A stretch of DNA of 64,000 bases, from assembly GCA_013265495.1 (NCBI GenBank), contig MU058000.1, positions 558,001 through 622,000 on the forward strand, given 5' to 3'. Positions 1-13,521 of the stretch are shown here, one piece after another; position 1 is the stretch's first letter, and every line of letters begins with the position of its first letter. The notes below the pieces were generated by a model. It made no database searches. It had not been told where the DNA came from and saw only the letters and a program-made list of their open reading frames with translations. The translations under genes and the position numbers were made by a program. Origin of the DNA: Vicugna vicugna. Taxonomy: Eukaryota.

Positions 1-454
1 TTGCTGACATCAGTGGTGCCAGGAGACTAGACTTTAGTCAGTGAAAAGATGGGGAAGTGATGTAAACCAGAGGGTCCTGGCAGAAATAAATGCAAACCTC
101 TATAGAGGAAAGAACCCCAGTGCAGGCTGCCAGATTTTTAAAATGTTGAGATCAGTTAAATAGGTGCTCACAGTCAATCACACATAGGAGAAGAAAAAAA
201 TCACCATGGGTAAGTCAGCTAAAGCAACAAACAGATTTCTGTGTTTGACTTGTTTTATAGCAGTTTGAGTGTTTTTAAGCAATTTTTTTCACTTCCAGAA
301 GTTCTGTTTGCTTTGTTTTTTAATTTGCTGCTCATTTTGGTAATTCTCTTTTTTTTTCCCCTTTACACACTTTATATGTAGTTATTTTATATTCTGGAAC
401 TGATTATTGCAAAATCTGAAGGACCTATGGTTCTAACTCTGTTGTGCTGTACAG

Positions 455-612
455 TGCTTTATTTACAGAGCATATAAACTATATGGGGGATCTTGTTAAA
501 ATGCACAATATGATTAAGTAGATCTGGGGTGAGCCCCAGGATTCCGCATTTTTAACAAGCTCTCAGATGATACTGATGCTTTTGGTCCACTGACCAAACT
601 TCGGCAGGGTGA
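455..612. mobile_element. MER5A-like hAT-Charlie DNA transposon fragment
   Basis: Contains 'cttgttaaaatgca...gtagatctggggtgagcccaggattccgcatttttaacaagctc..gatgatactgatgct..tggtccactgacca', resembling the MER5A consensus as recalled. Confidence 0.7.
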
Positions 613-1977
613 GGTAAATAACCTGCAGAACTATATGCAAGGGCCCCGGATGCAAAAAAAAAAAAAAAAATCCCCACACATGTGGATTAAGTGGTTTTAT
701 TCTGGTTTTGGGATTAGGTGGTGGGTGCTGCTATGATTCCATTCTTAAATAATAAATGCTAATAAGTTTTGAAGTCATTATACCTTGGCATGGCTTCCTA
801 AGTTCTGTTTGAAGAGGGGTCTCACTCTTTGCCAGGCTTTTGGGTTTCCTAGTATTCTTTATCAAGTGAAGATCAGAGTACCTTTCTCTAGATTGTCTAA
901 TTGTGGGCTCATTCAAGTTGATATTAGTCATTTGTTTAAATACATAATTATAGGGAAAGTCTAAAAAGACTCAGTAGAGTAGCATGCATATTTACAGGCA
1001 TCAAATTTATTTATAGTATTGGAGAGACCCATTCCATCTGAGCTTTATCGTACAAACCTCACACAGTCCTTCATTTATTTTTCAACATATTTATTGAACA
1101 CCTTCAGTGATCCTAGTACTGTTCTGGTCACTGGCAATACGAAGATGGGCAAGACTAATGTGCCCCATGCCCATACTGAACACACAGTGGGGTCAGCTTG
1201 AGGGTGGCAATGTCACGAGTCAGAATACATTAGGAAGAAATGTACTCAATCCAAAATATGCATTTCAGATTGAAAATAACTGAACACTAAGTACCCCTAC
1301 TTGGAGACATATTCATGATTTTCCCTAGATTGATCACACTTTAAAAAATCATTGGGATTCAAATTTAATATTACATGAATCTAACCAAATATTTTCCTCT
1401 TTAACTATTCCTAGAAAGCCATTATTCTTAGGGAAATGATCTTCCCAATTCAAATTTTCTATGAAAATTTTCTATGATGTGGGGAATTGGGACTTTTCAA
1501 AATAATTAAGACAGTTTGTAATACTTCAGGTACAAAGATTTCAGAAGACTGTCACACTGTTCTAGACATCATAGTCATCAAGCTGTTAGCATTAAGGCAG
1601 CAGACAACCACATTAGCAAGAGCTAGGGTTGGAACAGTGAAGAAACTTTCAACCAGGGAGACCAAAGCTGATCATATGGCTTCTGAATTCGGTGTGTTCA
1701 GCTGTCTCTTGCCTGAACCCAAACTACATTTCCAGAATTCTGAATGGGAAAAAGGACCAGAAACCAACCTTGGCTATAGAGTAATTCATTTCTAAAACTT
1801 TTATTTTCCCTCAAGCAAAGGATTTTAATGCCCAAGATGAGGATCTGTGCTCCTAATTCTTTTCTTCTTTATCCTGTCATATTTAGTCATTAGGGAGTGT
1901 CACCCTCAATCACTCTCAGTTATCATTTTTTTAAAGACAGAAATTCGGGCATAAAATTCAGACTTTAAGTTCTGCAG

Positions 1978-2160
1978 AGCACGGTTCTCAGTATTGACTG
2001 AAAATCTGAATCACCTGAAGAGATTTGGAAGGGCTGATGCCTAGATTTTACCACCAGAAGTTCTGGTTTGATTGGTCTGAGTGTAGCCAGAGCATGGAGG
2101 GGGATTTAAAAACCTCCCCAGGTGAGCCTGCTGCAAAGCAAATGTCAAGAATCACAGCTG
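1978..2160. mobile_element. MER5-family (MER5A1/MER5B-like) DNA transposon fragment
   Basis: Motifs 'ggttctca...gaatcacctg...ttctggtttgattggtctg...aaaacctccccaggtga...gaatcac' typical of MER5. Confidence 0.6.
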
Positions 2161-3343
2161 TGGAGTTTGTTATCACTCTTCTTGTCCAATAGTCACATTT
2201 CACATAAAAACAGAATGAAGCCCAAAGTGAACACATGGCTTTTTTTTTTTTTAATGTGGCTTTTTATATTTGATAGCGCTATCTAGTGGCCAAGCGAAAG
2301 CCAGGACCTGGATCCCCTGGTTCAAGACTCTTTTCTCTGTGCTCGACTGCAGTTCACTGCTGCTGACTTACCAGCCACCACTAAGGCTTGGTCACCCAGC
2401 TCCTCTGGCCACTGCTACTTGTTTCTTAGCCCAGAAGAATATCTACACTTGTTAGTCTATTAAAGACATGAAATACAGAAGCTAAAATATCCTGCCCTGG
2501 GAAGCGTGGACTCATGTAAGAGACAGGAGGTCACTCAAGACTCAAGGCACAACCAGTAGAAGCTTCAGAGAACAGTCACACCAAGCAACAGTCATTTGTC
2601 AGTGAGAACCTGAATTCACCTGTGCAGCAAGGTCACCAACTCAACCAGCTTCCAGATGAGGTCTGAGTGAGGGACACCTTGATGAAAAGGCTGGTCTGAT
2701 CAACTGTTATTAAATTCAAAGAATTGGCGTTAAATCAGGCCATGTGTGTTTACCATTTTGCTTGAAAACATCTCATGCCTGCTCATAATTGGCTTTTGGT
2801 CGTATTGAGTTAAATCCACAGAGACTTCAAGAGATTTCCAAAGTGAATCTTCTGTAATCAGCAAACTGCTATGCTAAGTGGAACTCAGTGTAAGTCTAGG
2901 AGCCTGTTACTTTATGGCGTTAGTCATGAAGTTAGCTGCAGAACATCAGAGGAGTTTAGAAACATTTTCTATTGAAGAAATGGAAAAACTAACAACAGAA
3001 CAATAATTTCTATCCCAACTTCTCCCCAGCTTTTGTGGTAACAGAAGCGATGAGGGAGGGTGCATTTCCCAAACTATGTTCCTTAACCTCTCTTTCCACA
3101 GTAAATTAATGAGCGTTACTTTCAAAAAAGCTATTCTTGGCCTTAGGAAGTTGGAATGTGCAGGTGGACTTCTTGGGTCTATTGATAGAAGAATTGGAAT
3201 CACTGGTATCGAAGGAGCTCTTGGTTCCAGGGGCTCCTCTCTGGACTGGTGTTCTGCAGAACACTTTGTGGGGAAAGCTACTCAGGAAGAATCCTTTGAT
3301 GGTCAAGAGGCAGGCTGTGGAGAATCCAAGAGCCAGTAACGTT

Positions 3344-3362
3344 CCACACCATCTGGTGGCCT
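3344..3362 (-). promoter_or_regulatory. Candidate CTCF motif in TSHR intron 7
   Basis: Reverse complement reads aggCCACCAGATGGtgtgg, close to the CTCF core CCASYAGRKGGCR (C to T at the CpG position). Confidence 0.35.
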
Positions 3363-3685
3363 TCTAAGGTGAAACCTACGAAGAGATTACGTAGGGAGAT
3401 TATCTCTACCTCCCTACCAGCTTTCTCCTCAGACCATATTATGGGCTCAGTGAGAGGCTTGGCTGATGGGAGAGCTATTCTGTTGGAGACAATGGATTTT
3501 TATTCACCGATTCCCTGAATTACAGTCTGTTCTAGTCACTGTAACTATCCCTTGAAACATAGAAATCAGTGCACTTGTCACATACTTTCTTGATCTTTTT
3601 ATGTGAAATTTGGAAGGGTTTAACAAATGTGGGAAGTATTTCTTAAGTGAGAATCATTTGTTTCTTGATTTTTAGAAGTCTAGCT

Positions 3686-3905
3686 CTGAGATTGGGAAAC
3701 TTTTTCTAGAAAGGGCCAGATAACAAATATTTGGGGCTTTGTGGCCCATATGACCTCAGTCACAGCTACTCAACTCTGCCATTGCAGAAAGCAGCCACAG
3801 ACAATTCATAAACAAGTGAGCGTGGCTGTGTTTCAATAAAACTTTATTGACAAAAACTGGTGGCAGGCGGGATGTGACCAGATGGTCATAGCTGGTGGCC
3901 GTCTG
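3686..3905 (-). mobile_element. MER58A hAT-Charlie MITE with 8-bp TSD
   Basis: Reverse-complement match to the recalled MER58A (aaagggccagata..aaatattt, gctactcaactctgcc, gtggctgtgtttcaataaaactttatt). Flanked by gtctagct (3678-3685) and gtctagat (3906-3913), fitting the NTCTAGAN target preference. Confidence 0.85.
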
Positions 3906-6900
3906 GTCTAGATGTAGGTATTCAGTGCAGATGTCCATTGTGTGATGAGATACATAGTCTGTTTCTCCAATTCCTGGTAAAGGTTAGATTCAAGCAAAAG
4001 ATAAAGATAAATATACAGATAAAAATACTTTAGGCTTTGAAAGTTCAGATCCAATTATAAGATAAAACAAAGATCTTTTTTTTCTAATGAGTATTTTAAA
4101 TCCAAACTTAAATCTCTGCTCCTGTTGTAAAAGTGTTCCATCTATTTTTTCCACCCTATGTTTCTGATTCCTAGTTGATGGAAACTAATTTTTTCTTAGG
4201 TTTATGCTCTTGAGTAAAAGGTATCATGTAAATATGAGGTAAAATGTAGACATTAATCATGATAAGAAGGCCTGGAACTAGAGGAAGATAAGGGTTGAGC
4301 TGTAGATGGAAAAAACAGAGGTCAGGTTTCCATAGTAATAACGAAACAGTATTCACGATTGCAGCCAAGCTGGACAAATTCCACACTGAGAACAAGCACT
4401 GATGCCTCAGCAGCAGTTGGGTAATTAGTTAAAAGTTCATGAAAATCATGTCAGATTCGCGAAAGTACGTGGTCCTGTGATTTCATATGGAACCAAGCAC
4501 ACTGTCATCACTCAGATGTGAAATTAATAATAATACAAGCCTCCCTTGTTCAACAGAAGTTGAACTGCTCTCAGGCGTAAGTTGAACCACACGTTCATTC
4601 TTTGGCCTCTTTTCCACCCTCTGCACACAATCTGGCAGGGAGAGGTGTTCCTTATCTCAGAATGTCTAATCCTCTGTGTTGTATTTTCTATTGTCAAACT
4701 CTAGCAACAAGCTACTATCTGACGGTAAACATGTGGGCAGGGAAAAAATAGCATTTTGATGTGCTAAGAACATACTGAAACGCTAATCGTTATGAACAGA
4801 GAAGTCAACACAATTCATGTACTAATTAGCATCACACATTAGCTTATTACAAGCAAAACACCGCAGCTTGGAGCCCTGGGAAAAGATGACGACAGAGAAG
4901 ATTATAGGATTAAGCCGGCTATTATTTCTCATGGAATAAGTGTTTGAACAGTTTGTAGGATAGGCTCCAAGCTGGCTTTTTCCTCTGCCTATCGAAACCT
5001 GGAGCATTTTCTCACCTGTCACTTTTTACAGACAGGTATCCTGATTTCTGCTACCAAAAGGATTTTCGTGGAGCAAAGAGGGCTGAGCAGGGATTCTCCG
5101 TAATTTTCCACATAACCGATGCTATGAGAGGAAAACACCGTTCCCCACAAAAGAATTCCCATGAGCATCTCACAGCATAAACAGGTGCCAACCCACTTCC
5201 CCTAAAGGGATTATGGAAATGCTGGCTGAAATTCTATCTAGGAGCTAAAATGTGTATAAAGCTCCCACAAGAGCAAAGCTCAGCAGCAACCACAGCTTGG
5301 GTCATACTCCTCCCTCTGACACCTCCGCATCCAAACATAGTATAGAGGGTGCCTCGAGCTAGGAGTTACCCAGCAACTGGACTTTCACTTATTCAGCCAG
5401 CATGATTTACTGAATGGCTGTTCTGTGCCAAGTGTGAGTCCAGTGGGGAAGCATGTGAGCTGTATCTGGAATGGTGCGTTCATCAGTGGGATATTCTTCC
5501 CAGTTCATTCCTGGCCATCTTCCTTTTTCTGCCCACACTGTTCTCTGTAAACTGTGACTTAAATGGCACTTTACATGGCACTTAAATCAGGGCAGGGCTT
5601 CTGAACTGCACCCTTCTCTCCTCCAGTATGAAAAATCTGGCATATATTTTCTAGGAAGAACTTCATTTCTTCCAAGAAATCCTCAGAGGCGGAAGTCCTC
5701 CAAAGAGCGAAGAGGTGTTGAACATGCACACGTAGCAGTGTCTTTATTATTTAACAGAGACACGAGTTCTTTTCTCATAAGCCCTTCCCAGTATTTTGTA
5801 TTTAGAAGTCCTGAGTTTCCATAAGTCTTTCCTCTCATTGCAGACTCCAAGACTTTCTACCCTTTTAAGTTCATTTACATTCCTCTTGTCCTTGCAAGAG
5901 ATAGTTTAGATGATCGCACATACCCCCACCCTATAAAATAATCATCGTCTGGAGTAGGTTACCTACACAGCCTACCAAGATTTGTGATTGATTTACCCAA
6001 GCTGGCTCACAGAATGTGGATTCCAGAGGAACCAGAATAAATCAGGGTCAAGGAATCAGTTTAACTAAACTGACCTTCCCAGTAAACATCATATGACAGA
6101 TGGGGCTGATGGAAGCACTTTGTCCTTGGATATTAAGGTTTCTGCAGATACATTTCCTCACCCCATCCCCTTCGCTTCAGATGGAAGGTAGGACCAGCAG
6201 TCTGAACCTAAAGTTAAAGCTTTGTGGCATTATCATACTCTAATAATAAGATAGCCCTCCAAACTGCTAAAGGCAGAGTGACGGTTTTATTTTTAAGCAC
6301 CTAATTATCTCTAAGAGATGACGTGCCCAAACAACCCTGTTGGTTTTAGAGAAGGCACCCTCCCCCAAGACTCAGTTCATCTCCGTTCAAGTTGGCTGCA
6401 CCCTTTCTTCATCCTCCTTCTCTCCTCCTGGACTCTGGCTGGCTTTCCCAGTTTAAAATCTTCTGCAGCGTTTCTGGTAAACTACAACGCTTATCTACCA
6501 GCCTCCTTATCCTTGGGGGCGTATTGAATATCAGCTGAAAACACTGCAGAATTGGACAAGCGATTATTTAGTTTTACAATAATTTCTAATGATTAGAGCA
6601 AACCAATTTTCACTTGCGGCAGTCAGAGATGAAGAGGAAAAACTGAGATGAGCTCACTAGTCCTTACTTGGTTTTCAAAAGACTGGGAACAGAATGTGAT
6701 CTGCAAGTTGCATGGTCCAAATAATACAAAACGAGACGCAAATCAGCGTGGCGCTTCTGCTGAGTTAGTTGTCTTTTTACAAAATCACCATCTTCTCTCC
6801 AGTTGTTTCTCTAAAGTGGCTCTTGCCTGTCCTTGCTATCACTGACCTTGAACTCTGTGGACACAGTGTGTCAAAGGAGAGTCAACAATGGTCAAGTGAT

Positions 6901-7302
6901 GCCTGTGGTAGAGAGCTTACACGACAGCCATTCATCCAGAAGGCACAGACTGGCTGCTGTAGTATCTTAGTGGGGGTCTCTGTACACACATGAGATTAAT
7001 TGATCCCCTCCATTTTAGATTTACCAAAGCCCTGGAAGCTTGGTGTCCAGCCACTACCTGAAGAGGTCATGTCTGAACTATATCCTGTGGCATCTGTAAA
7101 CCAGCTGCTTGTCACTGCCACCAAAAAAAATCCATTGGCTACCACACCATATGATGGGTCTTCTAGCTTTCATTCTCCATTACTTTTTCCTAAAAGCAAA
7201 AACACGTGTCACCCTAAGTTTAGCATAGCCCATCTCACTGTTTCAGAGGAGAGGTGTGCTGATTTTTTTTTCACTTATTTTTATCTTCATTCAATAAATA
7301 GT

Positions 7303-7381
7303 ATGTATGCATATGACTGCAACATTATGCCAGAAATAATTGATACAACAGTGTAAACTGACTATACTTCAATTTAAATAG
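7303..7381 (+). mobile_element. Short L1 3'-end fragment inserted in an L2 3'-end remnant (L2 on - strand, about 7285-7575)
   Basis: 'ccagaaataattgatacaacagtgtaaactgactatacttcaatttaaa' is the artiodactyl L1 3' terminus; flanked by ataaatagt repeats. Confidence 0.6.
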
Positions 7382-8081
7382 ATAAATAGTTACACACGCA
7401 CTGAACTTGGCACTGATGACACAGCAATGAATAAGACAGAGGGCTGAAACTCTGATTGGGGAGACAGACAATGAGGAAGCAAACAAATAAACAAACAAGA
7501 TAATTATAGATTGTGGTAATACCATGAAGGAAATAAAAGAGTGCAATGAGGAAAACTGGTGGCAGCTACTTTAGACGAAGGTAATTCTCAACCTCCATTT
7601 GAGAAAAAAGTGTGAAGAATCATAAAATGTGTACCAGTATATGAGCTGTCACTTGTGCGGAGTTGTAGTACTTGTCATTTGGCTGAGCCCTCATCCTGCC
7701 CAGGAGAGGCAGACTTCACTGGTGGTTGGTAAAACGCTTCTTCCCCCATCTGCTCCAATGAACACCAATCTCTGGCTCCGAGGCCACCCTTTCCTATTCT
7801 AAGTTCCATTCTCTACAAAGTACTGGAGGGAGCAGAGCTGCTGCACCAGGAGAGGTTGAAGGCAGGAACCTCATGGAAGCACTATTCCTGCTTTTGCCTT
7901 CTGGACAACAGCAGAGGCTTCCTTCTCTTGGGTCAGCCACAAGTAAAGCCACTGTCCCTCTTCTAAGTCTCATCCAGGGATTCAGAGAAAGAAAGGACCA
8001 GCCAATTAACCAAAGAGGAGTTCCTCTGTGAGGGCTCTGGAGAGGAATCCTTCTGATCCAAAGTCCTCATGTCATACTATT

Positions 8082-8260
8082 TTTTTTTAATTGAAGTATA
8101 GTTAGTTTACAATGTTGTGTTAGTTTCATATGTACAGCAAAGTGGTTCAGTTATACACACATGCATATACATTCTTTTTCAGATTTTTTTCCATTATAGG
8201 TTATTACAAGATACTGAATATAGTTCTGTGCTATATAGTAGGCCCTTGTTGCTTACCTAG
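8082..8260 (-). mobile_element. 5'-truncated L1 3' end (artiodactyl type) with TSD
   Basis: T-tract followed by 'aattgaagtatagttagtttacaatgttgtgttagtttc..tgtacagcaaagtggttcagttatac'. TSD tgtcatactatt (8070-8081) / tgtcacactatt (8261-8272). Confidence 0.85.
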
Positions 8261-8488
8261 TGTCACACTATTCTTGTTAACCACCATCCTTCAGAATTTT
8301 CCATCATGAAGAGCAAATACCATAAATAGAATGATAGAAGCATGATCTGTACCTAAGCAGACCTCCTAAGGGTCTCCACTGTATTCATTTTGCATCAGCA
8401 GGTGACCACTCACTGACTCTTAATGACTAGGCTGTGTGGTGAGTTATCCTGAGCATATATAAATTGAGAGCATTTATAACAAGGAAAT

Positions 8489-8513
8489 TTTATATATATA
8501 TATATATATATAT
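8489..8513. repeat. (TA)n microsatellite
   Basis: Directly visible. Confidence 0.9.
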
Positions 8514-8761
8514 CACATACATATGTATGTTTTGTTTCTTTAGGGGAAATAAAGCCAGTTTCAAAATCCTTAAAAGCTTTTATCCATTTTTGGAGGTAAT
8601 TTTATGTTTCAGAATCACTTTGTGACTTAAACTGGATCAAAAATATTTTACTCTCAAACGCTCAATATGTTTTCAAAATGGAAAGATCAATGTGCCCATG
8701 AAACCCCTTCCATGAAAGGTACACTCTGTAATCTTATCTGCATAGCCTGCCCCCCCACAAA

Positions 8762-8938
8762 TAGGATTGTCAGAGAAAATGCAGGCCACCCAATTAATTT
8801 TAATTTCAGATAAGCAGCAAACAACTTTTTAGTATAAGAATGTTTCAAAAATTACACAAGGAATACTTTTATACTAAAAAACTATTCCTTGCTTATCTGG
8901 GCATCCTATATTTTTATTTGCTAAATCTGGCAACCCTG
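8762..8938. mobile_element. MER53-like palindromic MITE
   Basis: Ends taggattgtcaga / tctggcaaccct. Internal inverted arms tttttagtataa / ttatactaaaaa. Confidence 0.75.
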
Positions 8939-9358
8939 CCCTAAAGAAGAGATCTGAATCTCTCACAGTACCCATCACCACTCACCACTCACCTTCACTG
9001 AATACTTGACTTCAGCCCAGTCATCAAAAGTAAATGAGAATATTGATCAATATTGAGAAACAAACTTAATTTAGTTGGTATTGAAGAGGATTGAGAAATA
9101 CAGTCACCACTGGCCAGATAAATAAGGAATTAGATGACTTTTATAAAATCGAGGTATGCAAACTACATCATAAACATGCTCACCTTCAAAGACTTCTGCC
9201 AAAATTAATGTGTATAAAACTTGCATGATTGAAACCTGGAATGTTTTGAGTGCTTAAGTCAGAAGAAGGTAATGGGTTTTCCAAATTCTTAAAAATCAGT
9301 TAATAGTTAGGGAGACCATTCTCACATTTTATTTTGGTATGTATATTAATTTGCTTAA

Positions 9359-9475
<117 letters not shown>

Positions 9476-9610
9476 TGAGTAAGACACAAAAGAGTATTTC
9501 AGTCTTAATTTTGCTTTTTTGGAAGGGAAGGGGCCGTTAAGAGGAGCAGCTGATGTCCGTGGGTAGAGAATGTTGTTGTCTTGGATGAAGGCTTCTGCCC
9601 AGCTGTATAG

Positions 9611-9680
9611 GCTACTGCTAGGAAGAAAGCCCTTTTTCTTTGAGGCTCAGAAGGCCCCACACTCCAGTGTGCCATCCTGA
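9611..9680 (+). CDS. TSHR: Putative alternative terminal exon of a truncated TSHR isoform
   Basis: tatAG acceptor at 9609-9610. In frame with exon 8 it encodes LLLGRKPFFFEAQKAPHSSVPS then TGA, resembling the recalled human short-isoform tail LPLGRKSLSFETQKAPRSSMPS. Usage is not demonstrated. Confidence 0.55.
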
Positions 9681-12600
9681 TACCTGATCAGGCCTTGGTG
9701 CAGACATTCATGAAAGCACTCTTGTGGGGGGAAAAAAAAGGACATTTTTGAGCAGCTGGTGTTTGCAAAATTCTGAGACACGATGTCTACAAATAGGTGG
9801 AAGTCATTCTAGTCTTTGCAGAGAAAATGTATGTGACTGCATTGCACCATGGCTAGCACATGGAAGGAAGACTATAATAGTTTGACTCATATCTGGGAAA
9901 ACTTACAATCACTGGAAAAGATGGGATGTAAACATTTTTTAAAACAGCACGGAAGCATAGCTTTTTGTGTATTTCCTCTGATTTATGCCTCCACATCTAA
10001 TCGCAGTCAAGTTCTGTTGACTTTGTCTCCCTCAAGGCTCTTGGTCAGTGATGTCTTCTCCATCCCCTTGGTTTTGTCTTAGTTTAGAATCACATTCTTG
10101 AGCATCTAGTTCAGTCCTTGCCAAGGTGGAACACAGCACTCCAGGAGAAACATGAGACAATCCATCAGAGGCAAGAAGAAATATTAGAAGTTCCATTTAC
10201 AAATAAGTGGTTCCATTTTAAAATAAAAACAAATTAAGTTTTCTAATATTTTACATACAGATGACCACTGTCCCTCAGGAAAGCATGCCAAGGGAACAGT
10301 GAGTGACCCACAGTCTTGAAGATTTACCATCCTCACTCTTTCACTTTTAACAATTTCACTCCACTTTTTGGTCAAATGCACCCAGTTTAATGGGTTTATG
10401 GCCTTATTGTCTTAATGCACAGGCTCTGTATAAAAGGGCTGAGTGACCCTGAAAATCTACTGTACTACATGTGGGTTCATTTGTTAACTCATGACAAAGT
10501 ACTAAAAAGTATTATGTAGTTTTCTTTTTACAAAAAGACAAGTGAATTAAAATGTTTTGACTTTTTGTGTGATTTTTTTTTAACCTGGAAGATTTTTTTT
10601 TAAGGTATCTTTAATTGTCCCTTTAAGATTAAGGTGATATTTCGCCAATGAATGAGGAAAGTTGTTGCTTTTCTAAAGAAATTTGTGCTTTGGAAAGACC
10701 TTTAGAAATAGGAATTTGGAAATATTTCCATATTATATAATTTTCTTGGTGAAAATAATGAATATTACTTATAAAAATTCTGTTTTGTTAAAATCAAAAA
10801 TTGAATTTTTAACCTGTTTTAAAATCTTCCAAATTAAAAGTTACAATGGGTTTAAAATCCATGTGTATAAAATATAAAAATGAAACACCTTCACATTAGT
10901 TTGCAAAAACAACTCATTGACATCTGATAAAATGAATTTCAATAAAAACATGCATTTAATTACTGAATTGGATTGAAAGATGAGTATCTTAATTTAGTAA
11001 GTACATCCAAGCCTGCCCTGTTCCACTTGTGAAGTAACTTTTTTGACTGATAGCCATTTAAACCAAAATCAAAATAAACTGACCCAGAAGAAGCAGATCT
11101 CTGAATAGCTGAATTAGAAAGGGTTAAACAACAATTTTCATAATTAGTGTAGTATATTCAATAACACTGATTTCACTTTGGTGATGCTTTTTAAAAATTA
11201 TTACTTACTGGTTTTTTATATTATCCTTTAAAATATATGTTTAGTGTGTTTTATAATGTATATAACATGTTATTTACAGTTAATGTGTATATAGAGCTGG
11301 TAAATTTACATCCGTTAAAGTACACACTTAAACGTTTTTTACTTATGAATACATGACACTGAAAGAATTTGAAGACCAATAGTGTAGACCAGAAACGCTC
11401 GAAATGTGGGTCCACTGTAAGGTGAGTGGCTGGCCCAGAATGTACAACAAAGGAGAGACTTCCTTCACAGACAAAGTCTTCCCATAAGAGCAGAGTTGCC
11501 CAAACTAAACAGTGTGCTTAGTGACGTAGTTGGCCAACATTCCAGTACAATCCTCTTACTTTATCAAAGACTCATACATAAGAAACAGCCAATTTTACCA
11601 CATGTTGAGTAGTACTGCTCTAAATGACTGGAGTCTCCAAGCCTCCCCTTGCCTTCAATCTTTAACCCTCTCAAATTCCACTCTCCCGTTTGGTGTTCAA
11701 ATGCAAATAGGGTCTTAAGAAGCCAATGGTGGTCTCCTATTCCCCTCGGGATACAGACCTTGGTGTGGCACACAAAGCCCTGCTACGCTCTGTAGCTTCA
11801 TCTCTCACATCACCATACATCCCTGAACAATCATCCGTCCGTAGTGAAACTTAGCTCCCCTGTTGCTCCAACCTACTTATATGGCTAAACTCTTGCTTTT
11901 CCTGCTGCTTTGAAAACTCTACCGCTACCTTCTCTGTCTGGTAAGCACCACTAACTACCGTTTGACATTCCAGTGAAGGTCTCTGTGAAGTCATTCTTGG
12001 CCCTAATTCTCCTTAGGGAAGGATGGCCATTTCTTCCTCTAAACTCCATCACCTCTCTATATGCATCTCACAGCACCAGTAGCATGTTTCTGTCTCTGCA
12101 GGAGTTCCCAAAAGGCAGGGGCTATGTTTGTTTCCTTTCCACAGTTTTAGTTCATATTACAGTGCCTGAAACACAGTACTAGCTCTGAAATGTTTGTGAA
12201 ATAATACATTATACAATAAATATTTGAATCACACTTCTGTAAACGCTATGGCATTTAAATAACAGCCACATTTTAAAGATATTTTAGTATGTTGTCCTTA
12301 AGGGAGGGTGTCCATTTCTCATTCTTTGGAAGTGGTAAATTAAACTACCTGTTTGTTCGTGCCACTTCAAAGTTGTTTTGAAAGTTTTGGTAAGATTTTG
12401 TTTTTACAAGGCTCTCTAACCAGGTTAAGAGCAGATGTGCAACTGCTTGAAAACGCCATTTCTGCTTCCGAGAGGCATGCCAGGTTGTGAATCGTGAATT
12501 AGATTAGGGGCTAGACCTGGAGTTGATTCCTGAGTCCATCACTAATTGTGAGATGCAAGTCTCAGTTTTCTTATTTGTCAAAACAAGATAACTAAAAGCA

Positions 12601-13269
12601 GTGAATCTGAGGTAAGAAGGTAAATCCAAAGCATTTCCTATATGCTTAATATGCGGTAAACGTTATCATTACCTTCGCTTCTTCCTGACTCTTCACACGT
12701 CATTATTCTTTTCCTTCCTAACCTCTCTGATCACTCCCTCTCGATTTCTCCCCCTAGAGCTCATTGCCCCAATATTTCAGTAGGGTTCAGTCCTGGGCTC
12801 TGGATCTTTCTCCCCTGTATCTTCTCCTTTGGTTAAATCATTTATTCTCAAATATTATAAGAATATGAATAATTTCTAAATTTCTGGTTTCAGAACTTAG
12901 TTCTTATTTAGTCATCTCATCTGCCTGGAATTTCCCCTAACTCTCCCTCTCATTCCTACCCGTTCCCATCCATGTGATGAAACGTCCTTGTCAGCCTTTG
13001 AAAATGTACAGTAAACATCTACTGAGCACTCACTAAGCCCAGAACACTTCATTAGGAGCTTTCATAGGGGAGGGTCACCACTTTGAAGGGTGGTCAGGGA
13101 AAGCCTCATTGAGAAGGTGACAACTGGGAAAAGATCTGATGGTCATAAAGGAGCAAGTCATGTGACTATATGAAGGAAGATCATTCTAGACAAGTGCAAA
13201 GACCCCCAGGTGAAGACACACCTGGCATGTTTGAGGAGGAGCAAGATGGCTGTTATAGCAAAGTCACGT

Positions 13270-13436
13270 ATGGGTATTTACCTGAAGAAAATGAAAACAC
13301 TAATTTGAAAAGATACATGCACTCCTATGTCCACTGCAGCATTATTTACAATAGCCAACGTATGGAAGCAACCTAAGTGTCCATCAACAGACGAATGGAT
13401 AAAGAAGATGTGGTATATATATATCTATATATATAT

Positions 13437-13521
<85 letters not shown>

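Noticed and set aside
1452..1477. Small tandem duplications (also 35591-35636, about 47276-47300, about 60802-60830)
   Set aside because: Ordinary slippage duplications with no further structure.
4864..4974. Perfect 12-bp inverted repeat (cagcttggagcc / ggctccaagctg)
   Set aside because: Does not extend; such a match is roughly expected by chance in 64 kb.
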